This document shows, piece after piece, positions 42,728 through 63,121 of a DNA stretch of 64,000 nucleotides. The DNA is from the human T2T-CHM13v2.0 reference genome, Homo sapiens. The notes under the pieces were generated by a model. That model was not told where the DNA came from and ran no database searches. It was given only the letters and a program-made list of their open reading frames with translations. A program made the position numbers and the translations under genes. Location: NCBI RefSeq assembly GCF_009914755.1, contig NC_060947.1; one strand, written 5' to 3'. Each line of letters opens with the position of its first letter. Position 1 is the first letter of the stretch.

Positions 42728-43169
42728 GTATGTACAAAGCAATCAGCAAACTTATTCTACTTCCGATATACTCTCCCTCTTGTCCATCTTCCTAACATAT
42801 AAATATTTTGCACTATAATGTTTTCTTCTACATCTATTATTTAGACTCAACTCTACTGGAAATTATATATTTGATGCTTAAAACTAGTCTGTATGCAAAT
42901 GTCTCTTCAGTCATTTTGGATTTTTGAAATTCATGCTCCAGTAGGTTTCTGAAAAAGTGTTCATGGGAAAAATATCCCCTGAATTCTTGTATGCTCAAAA
43001 TATGTCTGTAGCCTTTATACTTGAAAGTCAGCTTGGCTAGATATAAAATCCTTGGCTCATATCTTCTTTCATTGAGTATTTTAAATATGTTACTCTATTC
43101 TCATTTGGCTTAAGGCCTTCATGTCAAAAAGGAAATCTGATTTTTCCCCCTTAAAAGGTCTTGATCTTT

Positions 43170-45860
43170 TTGCAAAATAATAAATTTCAAAGAAATCAGA
43201 GATTTAAATATAAAATATCAAATTATGTAAGTAATTTCATAAATACAAATACAAATAGATTTCTTTACAACCTGGGGGTGAAAAAAACTTCCTTAATTAT
43301 AATCCAAAATTTAGAAACAATAAAATAAAAGACCAATAAATTTTATTACATTATAATTTTTTGCATGGCAAAAACACTTTAAGCAAAATCAAAAGACAAA
43401 CTTGGGAAAATGTATTTGCAATTTATATCACAGAAATAAGACTAATGTCTCTAATATACAAAGAGATCCCAAAAAGCAAGCATAAAAGACCAACAATATG
43501 AGAGATAAATGGACAAAGATATGATCTTAAACTCACAAAGGAAATAAGAAATAAATTTTAAACGTGAATATATGCTCTGTATTGCTTATGATATAAGAAT
43601 TGTTAATTAAAACTACACAGAGATGCTACTTCTTACATGCTAGTTGACAAAACTCTAAAACTCTAACAAAATACTCCATTTGTAAAGCCATAGGGAAACG
43701 TTCATAATCATACATCACTGGTAGGGGTGCAAAATGATACAGCTCCTATGGAGGTGAATTTGACAAGATCTAAAAAAATTATGTTTGTGTACAGCTTATG
43801 TCTCAGCAATATCACTTCTGTCCCAAATATACACTATCGTACACCTGAAATCATTTATGCATAGTTATTATTTACAACATTATTTGTGATAGGAAAACAG
43901 CAGACATAATACATGTTTCTATCATTAGGGAGCTGATTTACTAACTGGAGTACTAATACAGCCATAAAATAAATGCAGACAATCATTTTACACTGATCTG
44001 GAATGATTTTCTGGATCTTTTATTAGTTATGACCAGTACATGTAATATGCTACATTGTGTGTAAGAAATGAGGAAAAAGGAAATATATATATATACATCA
44101 TGTGTATATTTTTACCCCTGCCACCAAAAAGAAAATTGTGAGGGTAAACCAAAACTAATAAAAATGCTTGTCTTTAGTGTGAAGAAAACATATGGTAGAT
44201 GGATGAGTAAAGAAAGACACTTTTCTGAATATGCCTTATTACATAATTTTGACTTTGGACTCCTATAATTGTTTTACATGTTCAAACATAAAATTAAATG
44301 TAAAAGGAAAGAAGCAATATCTAAATATTTTAAATAATTTAAAATAAATTAACCTAATTACATATCAACTTGGTGACATAACCAAAAGGAAAACAAGTAT
44401 TTTAAGTAACTTTAGAACCTGGCACTTTACTGTACATCTTTAGTGGAATATATTCATAAGAAAAATAGAGCTGCAAAGAAATCTTTAATTCATTAACCAA
44501 ATTGTTAGTGATGGTATCTGTATTATTTTGAATCTATTTTTAATATTATAAATAATGCAAATAAGTAATTATGGGAATCGTGTTGGGAATATTATAAGAG
44601 AAAAAGATTGAAGTATAAAATCAAATATTTTAAATAAAAAGATAATGTTAACTTTGAATTGAAATTATTAAGAATAATTATTACTTTTTCTTTTAATATA
44701 CATAGGTCTTAGCTCCATCTACTGAAAAGACCTAGAAACAATAATAGTTCACACTATAGTAAGCACAACTAAGCACCCAGATTATGGTCTCAAAATATCA
44801 TTCCTCACCAAAAGAAATCAGGGTTCCCTGGAGTCTATTACCAGATTTGGGTCAGAAAACATACAAACATCTTGTTGTGCCAGAAAGGAAAAAGCTATCA
44901 AAGACTAAAAGGTAGAGACAAGAAGAGACCAGAGCCAACAAAAGTGATTTTCATTGGCCACAATGGGACAATTTGAACATTAAATTGAATAATGAATACA
45001 AATGATAACACATACTGAATATATTATCATGTGTCTAATGGTATTTAAAAGTAAATAAGAGAAAAAATAGGATGATTGGATGAAGATGAAAGAAACAAGG
45101 GTATAAAGTCTTTATCCAAATTGGCAAATAAATAAATAAGCATTTACCTTGCCTTTCCTCTATGAACCATTTTTTTTTACAGTAACCAATTAGAAAATAA
45201 CCACTTTTCAATCCCTAATAATTGATTCTTCCATTATTATCAGTAGATGAAACCATTAGATGAAGTTTGGGTAGAAGATTGACAATGGCAGGAGCAGGTT
45301 ATTGGCAACTGAATTCACTGATTAATTGTAGCATCATGGATAGTAAAGACAACTTACTCTGTAAACCTTCTGAGGTGCTATGCAATATCAAGCACATAGC
45401 CTCTCCTATAAAAGATTTTTTACCAACAATATTGGAGCTGAATCTAATCAAGCCTCTAGTACTAAGTCCCACTTACCAAACATACAAGTGATATAAAAGA
45501 ACAAGTTAAGTGACACAGCAAGCGGCAATCTGCTGAACTTATAATGTAGACCATTCTACAGGAAAATGGGCCTGACTTCTGCAACCAGAAAATGGCAGGA
45601 AAAAAAAAATAGAAGCACAGAAGGAGAATGGAAGGAATGACTAACGTACATTAAAAGAAATCTAAGGAAAATAACCCATGGCAATGTGTGGACATTGCTT
45701 CCATCCTGCTTCAAATACGCTAACATAAAAGGACAATTTGAGATCATTAAAGACGTTTGGATATGACTGTGTACTAGTTGACACCAAAGAATTATTGCTA
45801 ATTTTGGTAATCATGCTAATTGTGATGAAGAATACATCCATAATTTTTAGAAATGCATGC
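43170..45860 (+). mobile_element. Old L1MC/MD/ME-type 3' region (continues to about 47085)
   Basis: A-rich degenerate ORF2 C-terminal and 3'UTR sequence. Confidence 0.55.
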
Positions 45861-45864
45861 TGAG

Positions 45865-46838
45865 ACTGGGTGCAGTGGCACAGGCCTGTAATTCCAGCAT
45901 TCTGGGAGGCAGGGGCAGGAAGATCAATTGAGGGCAGGAGTTTGAGATTAGCCTGGGCAACATAACAAGATCCCATTTCTACAAAAGTTTTTTTAAAAAT
46001 TAGCAAATCAAAACCACAATGAGACACCATCTCACGATAGTTAGAATGGTGATCATTAAAAAGTCAGGAAACAACAGATGCTGGAGAGGATGTGGAGAAA
46101 TAGGAACACTTTTACACTGTTGGTGGGAGTGTCAATTAGTTCAACCATTGTGGAAGACAGTGTGGCGATTCCTCAAGGATCTAGAACTAGAAATACCATT
46201 TGATACAGCAATCCCATTCTGGGTATATACCCAAAGGATTATAAATCACTCTACTATAAAGACACATGCAAACGTATGTTTATTGCGGCACTGTTCACAA
46301 TGGCAAAGACTTGGAACCAACCCAGATGTCCATCAATGATAGACTGGATAAAGAAAATGTGGCACATATACACCATGGAATACTATGCAGCCATAAAAAA
46401 GGATGAGTTCGTGTCCTTTGCAGGGATATGGATGAAGCTGGAAACCATCATTCTCAGCAAACTAACGCAGGAACAGAAAACCAAACACCACATATTCTCA
46501 CTCATAAGTGGGAGTTGAACAATGAGAACACATGGACACAGTGAGGGGAACATCACAAACCGGAGCCTGTCAGGGTGTGGGGGGCTAGAGGGACAGCATT
46601 AGGAGAAATACGTAATGTAGATCATGGGTTGATGGGTGCAGCAAACCACCATGGCACGTGTATACCTATGTAACAAACCTGCATGTTCTGCACATGTACC
46701 CCAGAACTTAAAGTATCATAATAATAATAATAAGCCAGTTGTGGTGGCACATGCCCAGTTACTGAGGCAGGAGGATTGATTGAGCCCAGGAGTTCCAGGT
46801 TACTGCACTGTAGCCTGGATGACAGAGCAAGACCCTGT
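45865..46838 (+). mobile_element. AluJ split at its mid-A region by a 5'-truncated L1PA7/8-like element (46004-46730); (CA)n tail at 46840-46878
   Basis: Alu left arm to 'aaaattagc', then L1 ORF2 C-terminus ([23 protein letters not shown]) and 3'UTR, then Alu right arm. Confidence 0.88.
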
Positions 46839-48279
46839 GACACACACGCGTGCGCACACACACACACGCACACACAAATGCATACTGAAATTTGTAGAGT
46901 TAAAAATGATATTATATCTGGGATTTGTTTTAAACTGCTTTAGTGAAGGCAAAAACAAACAAACAATTAGATAAAGCAAATATGGCAAAATCTTGGTAAC
47001 CATTTAATCTAGGTGAAGGGAATATAGGGATTTATTATGATATTCTATCTACTTTTGTGTATGTTTGAATTTTTTCATTATAAACCCTTTTTAAGTATTC
47101 AACTCCCCACAGGAAAATAAACCAAAACAATATTTTTTCAGGGTTTTGATTGTGATATTAAGTCAGATGGGGTCCAACATGATCACAAGAGACAAGGTTC
47201 CCTATTGTTTAAGCACAATTTATAAACCAAGTGGTACTTTAAGTAAAATTATATGAAATAGTTTTATGAAAAACAGTAATTTGTGGAATAATCTTCTTTT
47301 TAAGAGTAATTTCTGTTCACCTACCTACTTATTTAGCTATCTATCTACCCATACACACTGAGGTTTTGATGACTTTCTGGTGTTTATTTAATGTTAATTA
47401 TGAAAATTTCTGAGTGCAGGATTTGGGGTGAATTTTTACTGTCTTCTCAAATTCTGTATCATAACCACAATGGTAGAGACATTATGATAAAATTTGCTGG
47501 CTATGAGCCACTAAGATGATTTTGTAATACACTAATGGGGTACAACTCACAGTTTGAAAAATACTGCCTTGGAAAACCCAACATAATGTTTAATTGCTAA
47601 AATAAAGTCAATAATCTAATTAAAAAGATAAATACTTACTTTTGGATGTACATTATAAGAGACATGTGGTTTAGGGTGAATGAATATTCTAAACTAGTGT
47701 TACAAGATATCAGAGAAGGGCAAAAATCACTGTAAAAAGTGGTCAGCAATTATTTAATGGTGTAGTAGAGTCAAGGAATATGGGTGATATATACGTGAGC
47801 AGGAAGGGATGGAGAATGTTTCTGGTAAGGTCATGAAGGGGAACAGCATGAGTACAGACATGGAGAAACGTAAGTGACATGTATTTGGATAATGGCGTAA
47901 ACCTGTTTGGCCTGGAGTCACACAAAAGATAATAAAGAAATTATCTTTTTATCATATGTTTTGAATTTTTCCTGGATTTATCAGATTCTTCAAATGTACT
48001 TGAATTAGGATTTTATTTACTCCTCAAACCCTAACAACAATGATAACCTTCTACTAGCTTTTCCAGAATACATTTATGATCAAAAGAAAAGGTCATCTTA
48101 ATATTCATGAAGGACATTGGGACTTTTTTATTATTAACTTTCTGGAAAGTTCAGATATATTGCTCTTCTGCACTCCCATATCTTTCTAAACAGAAGGTTT
48201 AAAGGTGACTATGTTTTGCACATACTACTCATACACTGATTTGATTCATGATGGTACTGTTTAATAACCTTTATCCTAG

Positions 48280-48481
48280 AAGGATGGCCCTGTGGCCCCA
48301 GTGGAAACACCAGAAGCCTCAAGATTTATTTCTGACAATAATAGCATAGCTGGGATTTTTATATTCAGGAATCCATCATGCACAATAGAAAAAAATACTC
48401 TTTTTCTTTGAGCCCTCACTGATCCCCTGAAAGAAGCCAATATAATGTAAACAAAGCTCATTTAATACTTGTGGGTTTCAA
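48280..48481 (+). pseudogene. Candidate relic exon D (202 nt)
   Basis: Acceptor 'acctttatcctag|'; donor 'CAA|gtaagt'; phase-0 frame is open for 43 codons (KDGPVAPVETPEASRFISDNNSIAGIFIFRNPSCTIEKNTLFL), then TGA/TAA/TAA. Confidence 0.45.
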
Positions 48482-50892
48482 GTAAGTATGAACAAAGATA
48501 ACCTTTTTTACAGAATGTTATCTGCTTTTTTTTCTCTTTCTTACCTGAATTAAACACCTCTCCTAAATGCAAATTTAGATTCTAGAAAAAATTTCATGGT
48601 ACCCTAGAATACTCTCTGGTAAATTATTTAAGTATATATATTCTTTAAACTTAGAAGGCACATCATCTGCTTAAACCTATGGAAATGTTAGAGACATTAA
48701 AGAAAACAGTTAAAATAATACATAACCGCAACTACTGTACATGTTATAAAATAAATATTCTATATAAAACTACAAAAGTAAAATTATTTCCTTATATAGT
48801 ATCTTATAAATTAAATGAATATGATAGTCTAATGATGGAGACAATTATTTTAATATTGGAGAGAAAATAATAAACAAAAATTAACATTATGGTAACTTAA
48901 ACAAGAAAAAATTAAAGAAAAATAATCGATAGAAATAGAATTTTGATAGAACTGCATAACGAAAGAAAGAATTTTTCCCGAATGAAAAATTTTTTAGATT
49001 GTATTCTTTTTCTAATTTTTCATTGATCAGGCACTTTATCTCACTTGCTGTTGGACAGTAGAATAAGCCAGATTCATTTTTATGTTTACAGTGATAAGGA
49101 TATCCCCTCATTGATTTCTCTATTGTTTTTCTGTTTTCTCTTACATTAATTTCCACTCTTATCATCATTTTCTTCCTTCTGCTTGCTTTGGGCTTAATTT
49201 GCCCTTCCTTTTCTAGTTTCTTAAAATGGAAACTTACATGGCTTTAGGCATGAACAACAAATTTTGATTTGCTGTTTTAAATTCTTTGAATTAAAAATTA
49301 CTAATTTATTCTTGAAAAGTCTTATTTGATAAATGGGTTGTTTAATTTCCAAATATTTGGGGATTTTTCTAATTACTTTTCTCTTATTGATCTTTAATTT
49401 AATTCCATATTAGAAATGAAACTTTTTTGATGCTTTAAATAATTTTAAATTTGCTGAGATTTATTTTGTGGCCCAAAATATAGTCTAACTTAGTGAATGC
49501 CCCACGTACTCTCGAAAAGAATGTGTATTCTGTTGTTATTAGGTAAAGTGTTGTATATTAATTAGATCAAGTTGTGTGATTGTATTATTCAAGTCCTCTA
49601 TACTCTCAGTGATTTTTTTTTTTTTGTCTATTCGTTCTATCAATTAATGAGAGATAAAAGTGTTGAAAATGCCAACTAAGATTATGGTGTGTTTATCTCT
49701 TGTGTCATTTCTTTCAGTTTTCGCTTTAAGTATTTGATGCTCTGGTGTCAACTGCATATACATTGGGAATTGTAATGATGTCTTGAATGATTAATCCCTT
49801 CATATAATATCCTTATTTACCACTAGTAATATACCTTATTGTTAAATCTACTTTGTCTACTTTGTCCAGTGAATCCAGCTTTCTCTGGATTTGTGTTTGC
49901 CTAGTCCATCTCTTTCTATCCTTTTATTTTTAATGTTGCTATGACTTTATATTTGAGGTAGGATCCTGATAGATTGCATAGAGTTGAATTTTACTTTTTA
50001 AAATCAACCTAAAAACTTCTGTCTTGTAAATGGAATGTTGGAGGTGCATTGATTTTACATAATTGTCTATATGGTTGTATTATAATCTTTACTCTTGCTA
50101 GCTGTTTTTTCACTACTTCCATAATTTCTTAGTTCTTTATTCCCTTTTTCTGTGCCTATGTTTGTATTAATTGAATATTTTTGTTTCTATTATACCTACA
50201 CTATTGATTTATTAGTTATGCTTTATTTAGTTGCTTTAGAGTTTACAGTGCACAAATTGAATTTATCACATTATACCTTCAAATCATATTATATATTTCA
50301 TGTATACAACCCTTATAAGAATACACCTCTATTTTCTTCCTTTTCTTCCTCTGTGGTACTGCTGTCATACACTTTACTTCTACACATAGTATATGTTATT
50401 TCTAACATAGAAATCCCACAATACATTGTTACCCTTCTTGATTTCCTTTAAAAATAAGAAAAGGGGGCGTGTTTTTATATTACTCCCATTTTTACAATTT
50501 CCAGCAATCAGTATTTATTTAGGTAGATTAAAATTTCTGTATGTTATCATATTCCTTTCTCCTGTAGAATTTCCTCTTACATTTATTGTAGACCAGGTCT
50601 GTTGGCATTAGACATTTTTTCCTTCTTGTTTGTCACCTTCTGAAAAGCCTGTCACCTTCATTTATGAAAGGTAATTTTACTGAGTATAGAAGTCTAAGTT
50701 GATAGCTTATTTTTTTTCAATACTTTAAAGAAGTTGGACCATTGTTTTCCATTTGCATAATTCATGACACAAAATCTACTTTAATTTTCACTTGTTCTTT
50801 ATGTAGTGTTTCCTTTTATTCTAGTTGGCTTCAAGATTTTCTCCTTATTTTTTGTTTTCATTAATTTGATTATGTCTAGTGGTATTTTTATA

Positions 50893-51164
50893 CAGTTGTC
50901 CCTTGGTATCCATGGGGGATTGGTTCCTGGATCCCCTATGAATACCAAAAGCGGTGGATACTCAAGTCTCTTATATAAAACGGCATAGTATTTGCATATA
51001 ACCTACACATATCTTCCCATATACTTTAAATCACAATGTAAATGCTACTAGTTGTTGTACTGTATTGATTTTTATTGTTATTTTTATTGGATTGTTTGAA
51101 TATTTTTGATCTGTGATTAGTTAAATTTATACATGCAGAGTTCACAGATACAAAGGTCCAACTG
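50893..51164. mobile_element. MER2 Tigger MITE
   Basis: Termini cagttg...caactg with TA on both sides. Confidence 0.85.
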
Positions 51165-51414
51165 TATACATTTTATTTTAAAATTTATCCTGTACTTTTG
51201 TTTTTCTGTGATTCTTGGATCTATAATATATTATCTTTCATTAATTTTGGAAAATTCTCAATCAATATTCTCACACACTTCTTCTGATCTATTTTCTCTC
51301 TGGGACTCCAAATATATTTGCGTTAGCTCTCTACTATTTTCCCACACCTCTTGGATGTTCTGTTTCTATACTCTTTTTATCCATTTGTATTTCTGTTTAG
51401 ATCATTCCTATTAG

Positions 51415-51829
<415 letters not shown>

Positions 51830-52053
51830 TATTCCATTTAATTCTTTCTTAGAGTTTCCATCTCTCTGCTCAAAATCTCCATCTATTCATGGGTGTTTTC
51901 TACTTTTTGCACTAAATACTTTAATATACTGTTTATTTTTAAATAATTACAGTTATTTAAAACATCTTATTTCATTGTTCTAATATTGGGATTATCTCAG
52001 GTTCTGTTTCTGTTTATTGTTTTATTTTTTGACCTTGAGTCACTTTTGCTTTC

Positions 52054-52474
52054 TGATATGGTTTGGATCTGTGTCCCTGCCCAAATCTCATGTCAAGCTG
52101 TAATCCTCAATGCTGTAAGTGGGGCTTAGTGGGAGGTGATTGGATCATAGGGGTGGATTTTCCCCTTGGTACTATGACCTGATAGTGAGTGAGTTCCAGT
52201 GAGATATGGTTGTTTAAAAGTGTGTGGCATCTCCCCGCCACTCCTGCCACCTTGGTCTTGCTCCTGCCTTATAAGATTCCTGCTCCTGCCATGTAAGATT
52301 CCTGCCCCTGCTTTGCCTTCTGCCATGAGTAAAAGCTCCCTGAGGCTTCCGCAGAAGCAGATGCCATCATGCTTCCTGTAAAACCTGCAGAACCATGAGT
52401 CAATTAAACCTTTTTATTTATAAATTACCGAGTCTCAGGTATTTCTTTATAGCAATGTGAGAATGGACACATAC
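52054..52474 (+). mobile_element. MSTA solo LTR
   Basis: 'tgatatggtttggatctgtgtccc...ctcaggtatttctttatagcaatgtgagaatggac'. Confidence 0.88.
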
Positions 52475-54266
52475 TTACTTGTATGTGTCTTATAATTTTT
52501 GTTTGAATCGTAGACATTGTATAGAGAGTGGCATAAGTGATACTTATACCTAGAAATGATCACATCTTTCTTCTGTCAGGCTGTTAGTATGTAGTAGTCT
52601 AAGTCAATCTATTTACTAGTTTAGCTGGGTTTACATCTTATTTGTTAATTTAGTCATCTTCAGTGTACCATAGACTTAAAATTCCTCCAGTGGTAAGCTG
52701 CTGTTACTTTTTTCTTCATATGGGGTCTTGGGCATTAAGGGATTTTGCCCATGCTTGCCTGTTTCACCCTCAGCTTTCAACAGACCCTGCACATCTTTTA
52801 TTACATGGATCTCTGTCCATGCCCTTGCCTCTCCTCCAGAGCAAAGTTGCTTGTTACTTGGTGTAGGGCTCATCTTGGGAGCAGGAAATGGGGAAATTCT
52901 CAGTTCTCTTCTTCCAGGTTCAGTCTTTGGCTATGTATGCCTGAGAATATGGAGTGGAAATTTCTGAGCATTCCTGTTTTTCCTACCCCTGTGGCAACAA
53001 AATTCTTTCTTGTATCTGAAGAGGACCTTGGGTGGAAGAAGCTTTCAAATTTAGTCTTCCTTGAACAGTAGTGTATTTTAGGGAAGGAACTGTAGTGAGA
53101 GGGTTTCTTGTTCCTTATCCACATGGTAGATTGCTATTCCTTGTCATTTGGTTCAGGCTAATGGTTTGTTCATGACAAGTTTCCTGCACCTCCCACAATG
53201 GCAGTTTACTTTTGCTTGTGACTAGGGAGAGGATGATTTTTAAAAATCTTTTCTCTTATGGACAAATGGCCTTTGTTCTACCCCTCTCTCCAAAGCAATG
53301 AATCTGTCTGGGCCACAGAAAGGGTTTCTACCTTTATCCCAGTGATGGACAGTTTTTTTTTCTACCCTTCCCCAGAAGCAATGCATCTTTCCCAGGACCA
53401 TGAATAAAAGAGTATTTTCTGTCTTTCTGCCAGGGGCTTAAGGCTTTTGCTTCATAGGAAGAAGGGTCTAGGAATTGGGTGGTGTTTCATACCTGCACTC
53501 TTAAGTCTCCTGCCCCCTAGTCTTTCTCATGAGTACCTGGCAGAGACCCATGGAAAAGACCTTGGGAAGGAGTGGGGTTCTGAGGTATTTTACACTATCA
53601 CACTAGTTCACATTTTGATTTCAGGAACTTGTTAAAATTTTAGCTTCCTTCTCACATATATATTTGTAGAACATCTCTTCTTCCTGTGCCCTGCCAGGGT
53701 AAAACAGTTTGTGTGTTTGTGTGTACCTCTTTCCTTGGTGGGGCTTGTCATTCTTTGGAATTCATTTTACATTGTTGCCTTGAGACCTTCAATTGGCTCA
53801 AGAAAAGTTAAAATTTTGTAGATTATCTTGTTTCTTCTATTACAGTGGCAAAGATATTCACTTACAGCTTTCTACATTTTTAGCACTGTCATGGCATTTT
53901 TAGCAGATGATATAAAATGATAAGCATAATCCTCCATATACACTGTTTGCCATTAAATATTCCTCAATAGTCTCTCAGGACAGAGGGTAATCATCGAAGT
54001 TAAAATACAGAATTAAAAAATCGCTAAAATATTCATGTCTTGCAAAGAGAAATTCAGTAATAGGAATTAGATATTTTTCATCATGCAGAAAGCAGAACTC
54101 TGAGAAAACAGTACTTAGGATTATTAAATTTTGTATATGGGGGATCAGAAGAGGTCTAGGATACAAGGGGTCAAATGGAGACTCTTTGGACAGCCCTTAG
54201 TACTCTAGTTATCAGGAAGAGAATGGAGTGTACTTTTAGGTAAACTGATGGAGTGGGGCACTTTTC

Positions 54267-56407
<2,141 letters not shown>

Positions 56408-56644
56408 CTTTTTTTTTTTTTTTTTTTTTAATTTTTTTTATTATACTCTAAGTTTTAGGGTACATGTGCACATTGTGCAGGTTAGTTACATATGTATACA
56501 TGTGCCATGCTGGTGCGCTGCACCCACTAATGTGTCATCTAGCATTAGGTATATCTCCCAATGCTAACCCTCCCCCCTCCCCCGACCCCACCACAGTCCC
56601 CAGAGTGTGATATTCCCCTTCCTGTGTCCATGTGATCTCATTGT

Positions 56645-60496
<3,852 letters not shown>

Positions 60497-60535
60497 TCAT
60501 TAGTTGATGCAGTTTCTTCCTAGTCTCGATGGTCT

Positions 60536-61552
60536 TTACATTTTGGCATGATTTTGCAGCGGCTGGTACCGGTTGTTCCTTTCCATGTTTAGTGCTTCCT
60601 TCAGGAGCTCTTTTAGGGCAGGCCTGGTGGAGACAAAATCTCTCAGCATTTGCTTGTCTATAAAGTATTTTATTTCTCCTTCACTTATGAAGCTTAGTTT
60701 GGCTGGATATGAAATTCTGGGTTGAAAATTCTTTTCTTTAAGAATGTTGAATATTGGCCCCCACTCTCTTCTGGCTTGTAGGGTTTCTGCCGAGAGATCC
60801 GCTGTTAGTCTGATGGGCTTTCCTTTGAGGGTAACCCGACCTTTCTCTCTGGCTGCCCTTAACATTTTTTCCTTCATTTCAACTTTGGTGAATCTGACAA
60901 TTATGTGTCTTGGAGTTGCTCTTCTCGAGGAGTATCTTTGTGGCGTTCTCTGTATTTCCTGAATCTGAACGTTGGCCTGCCTTGCTAGATTGGGGAAGTT
61001 CTCCTGGATAATATCCTGCAGAGTGTTTTCCAACTTGGTTCCATTCTCCACATCACTTTCAGGTACACCAATCAGACGTAGATTTGGTCTTTTCACATAG
61101 TCCCATATTTCTTGGAGGCTTTGCTCATTTCTTTTTATTCTTTTTTCTCTAAACTTCCCTTCTCGCTTCATTTCATTCATTTCATCTTCCATTGCTGATA
61201 CCCTTTCTTCCAGTTGATTGCATCGGCTCCTGAGGCTTCTGCATTCTTCACGTAGTTCTCGAGCCTTGGTTTTCAGCTCCATCAGCTCCTTTAAGCACTT
61301 CTCTGTATTGGTTATTCTAGTTATACATTCTTCTAAATTTTTTTCAAAGTTTTCAACTTCTTTGCCTTTGGTTTGAATGTCCTCCCGTAGCTCAGAGTAA
61401 TTTGATCATCTGAAGCCTTCTTCTCTCAGCTCGTCAAAATCATTCTCCATCCAGCTTTGTTCTGTTGCTGGTGAGGAACTGCGTTCCTTTGGAGGAGGAG
61501 AGGCGCTCTGCGTTTTAGAGTTTCCAGTTTTTCTGTTCTGTTTTTTCCCCAT
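60536..61552 (-). pseudogene. L1 ORF1 (RNA-binding chaperone), 338-codon frame with a nonsense codon at position 49 (TGA, 61406-61408)
   Basis: ATG at 61552; CGA-to-TGA-type stop; downstream 248-aa frame with coiled coil, RRM and CTD ending PLQNHAKM. Confidence 0.93.
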
Positions 61553-62324
61553 CTTTGTGGTTTTATCTACTTTTGGTCTTTGATGATGGTGATGTACAGA
61601 TGGGTTTTCGGTGTAGATGTCCTTTCTGGTTGTTAGTTTTCCTTCTAACAGACAGGACCCTCAGCTGCAGGTCTGTTGGAATACCCTGCCGTGTGAGGTG
61701 TCAGTGTGCCCCTGCTGGGGGGTGCCTCCCAGTTAGGCTGCTCGGGGGTCAGGGGTCAGGGACCCACTTGAGGAGGCAGTCTGCCCGTTCTCAGATCTCC
61801 AGCTGCGTGCTGGGAGAACCACTGCTCTCTTCAAAGCTGTCAGACAGGGACACTTAAGTCTGCAGAGGTTACTGCTGTCTTTTTGTTTGTCTGTGCCCTG
61901 CCCCCAGAGGTGGAGCCTACAGAGGCAGGCAGGCCTCCTTGAGCTGTGGTGGGCTCCACCCAGTTCGAGCTTCCAGGCTGCTTTGTTTACCTAAGCAAGC
62001 CTGGGCAATGGCGGGCGGGAGTGGGGCACTTTTCATCCTGCCTTTGCTTTTTCTTATTTCCTAACCTCCACAACTCCCTCAAGCACAAATGAAACTTGAA
62101 CAAAGATAGAAGAAAAGAACCATTTACACTCACTGAAGCCTTGCCCCAGAACATTCTTATGGCCACAGTATAATAGAATAAATCAGAACCCACTTTCATA
62201 ACTGATGTTTCCCGTGAACAGAATATTGTGCTATGAGCTAAGGAATGTATAGTGTATATAGATCCTGCTCTATTCCAAACTGTAGGATATTTAGTCTTTC
62301 CTGACATCATTTTTTTTCTCACAG

Positions 62325-62441
62325 GGTGGATGATTTTATATATCCATTAAAAGTTGTCTGTGAAAAAGCCCTGTCTCAGCACTTCAGCTATTTGTCTAAT
62401 GTTGCAATTGAAGAGGCAATGAAAGCAGGAATAGCTCTCAG
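62325..62441 (+). pseudogene. Candidate relic exon E (117 nt, phase 2-2)
   Basis: Strong acceptor 'ctgacatcatttttttttctcacag|'-type tract; donor 'CAG|gtgcta'; fully open frame VDDFIYPLKVVCEKALSQHFSYLSNVAIEEAMKAGIAL. Confidence 0.55.
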
Positions 62442-62919
62442 GTGCTATTGGGCTATGAGGCAACAATGATAAGCAAGCTTTTGATAATATAAGTTTTGAT
62501 ACATTATACCAACCTTCTCACTGAAAAACATTAAAAACAAAACAAATCCAAACAAAACAACTGGACAAAATATAAGCAAGTAAACAAACAAATAAGCAAG
62601 CGAGCAACATCATCTGAGATGCTTAAAAGTACTAACACAGTAGAAGCGAGTTAGTGAGCCAAGATCAAGGGGAAGAGAGATGAGAGAGGTGAGCCTGAAG
62701 TGTGACCCAACAATTTCACTTCATGAAGTATACCCTACATATTGAAGTGCTTATGACCATCAGGGCACATACACAAGAGAGTTATTAGGTGAACTGTTTA
62801 TAATTACAGATAACTGGAAATGACCCTGTTGTCCCTCAACAAAAGAATTGATAAACTCTGATATATTTATATAATGAAATTAGGTACACCAATTGAAATG
62901 GTTTAACTGCAGTTAAATA

Positions 62920-63121
62920 CACTGGTGTTCTGACTAATGTTTAACGACTGGCTTTTGGAAAGAAAACACTGATTTGTTATATGTGACCATTTTCATGGTG
63001 TAAATGCCCCTACTGTGGCCAAATTCAAGCTACCAATATAATGTTACTAAACATAAGCTGAGAAAAAATACATAGAATCAGCTCTCACAAACTGGTATGC
63101 ACCAGCTCCAGTACACCACTG
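62920..63121. mobile_element. MER63-like hAT MITE within L1M fragments (about 62750-63520)
   Basis: TIRs cactggtgttctg and cagtacaccactg; 8-bp TSD-like gttaaata / gctaaaca. Confidence 0.7.

Noticed and set aside
47142-47241. Possible exon after 'tattttttcag'
   Set aside because: Short pyrimidine tract, no convincing donor and no clear phase fit with the chain
53971-54056. Additional relic exon (QRVIIEVKIQN*KIAKIFMSCKEKF)
   Set aside because: Weak acceptor and donor, an internal stop, and an end phase that does not match exon E without assuming an indel; kept only as a weak candidate
61555-61857. 100-aa + strand ORF in the L1 5'UTR as ORF0
   Set aside because: ORF0 starts at the ATG at 62008 and is truncated here; this frame is a different antisense shadow with a non-ATG start
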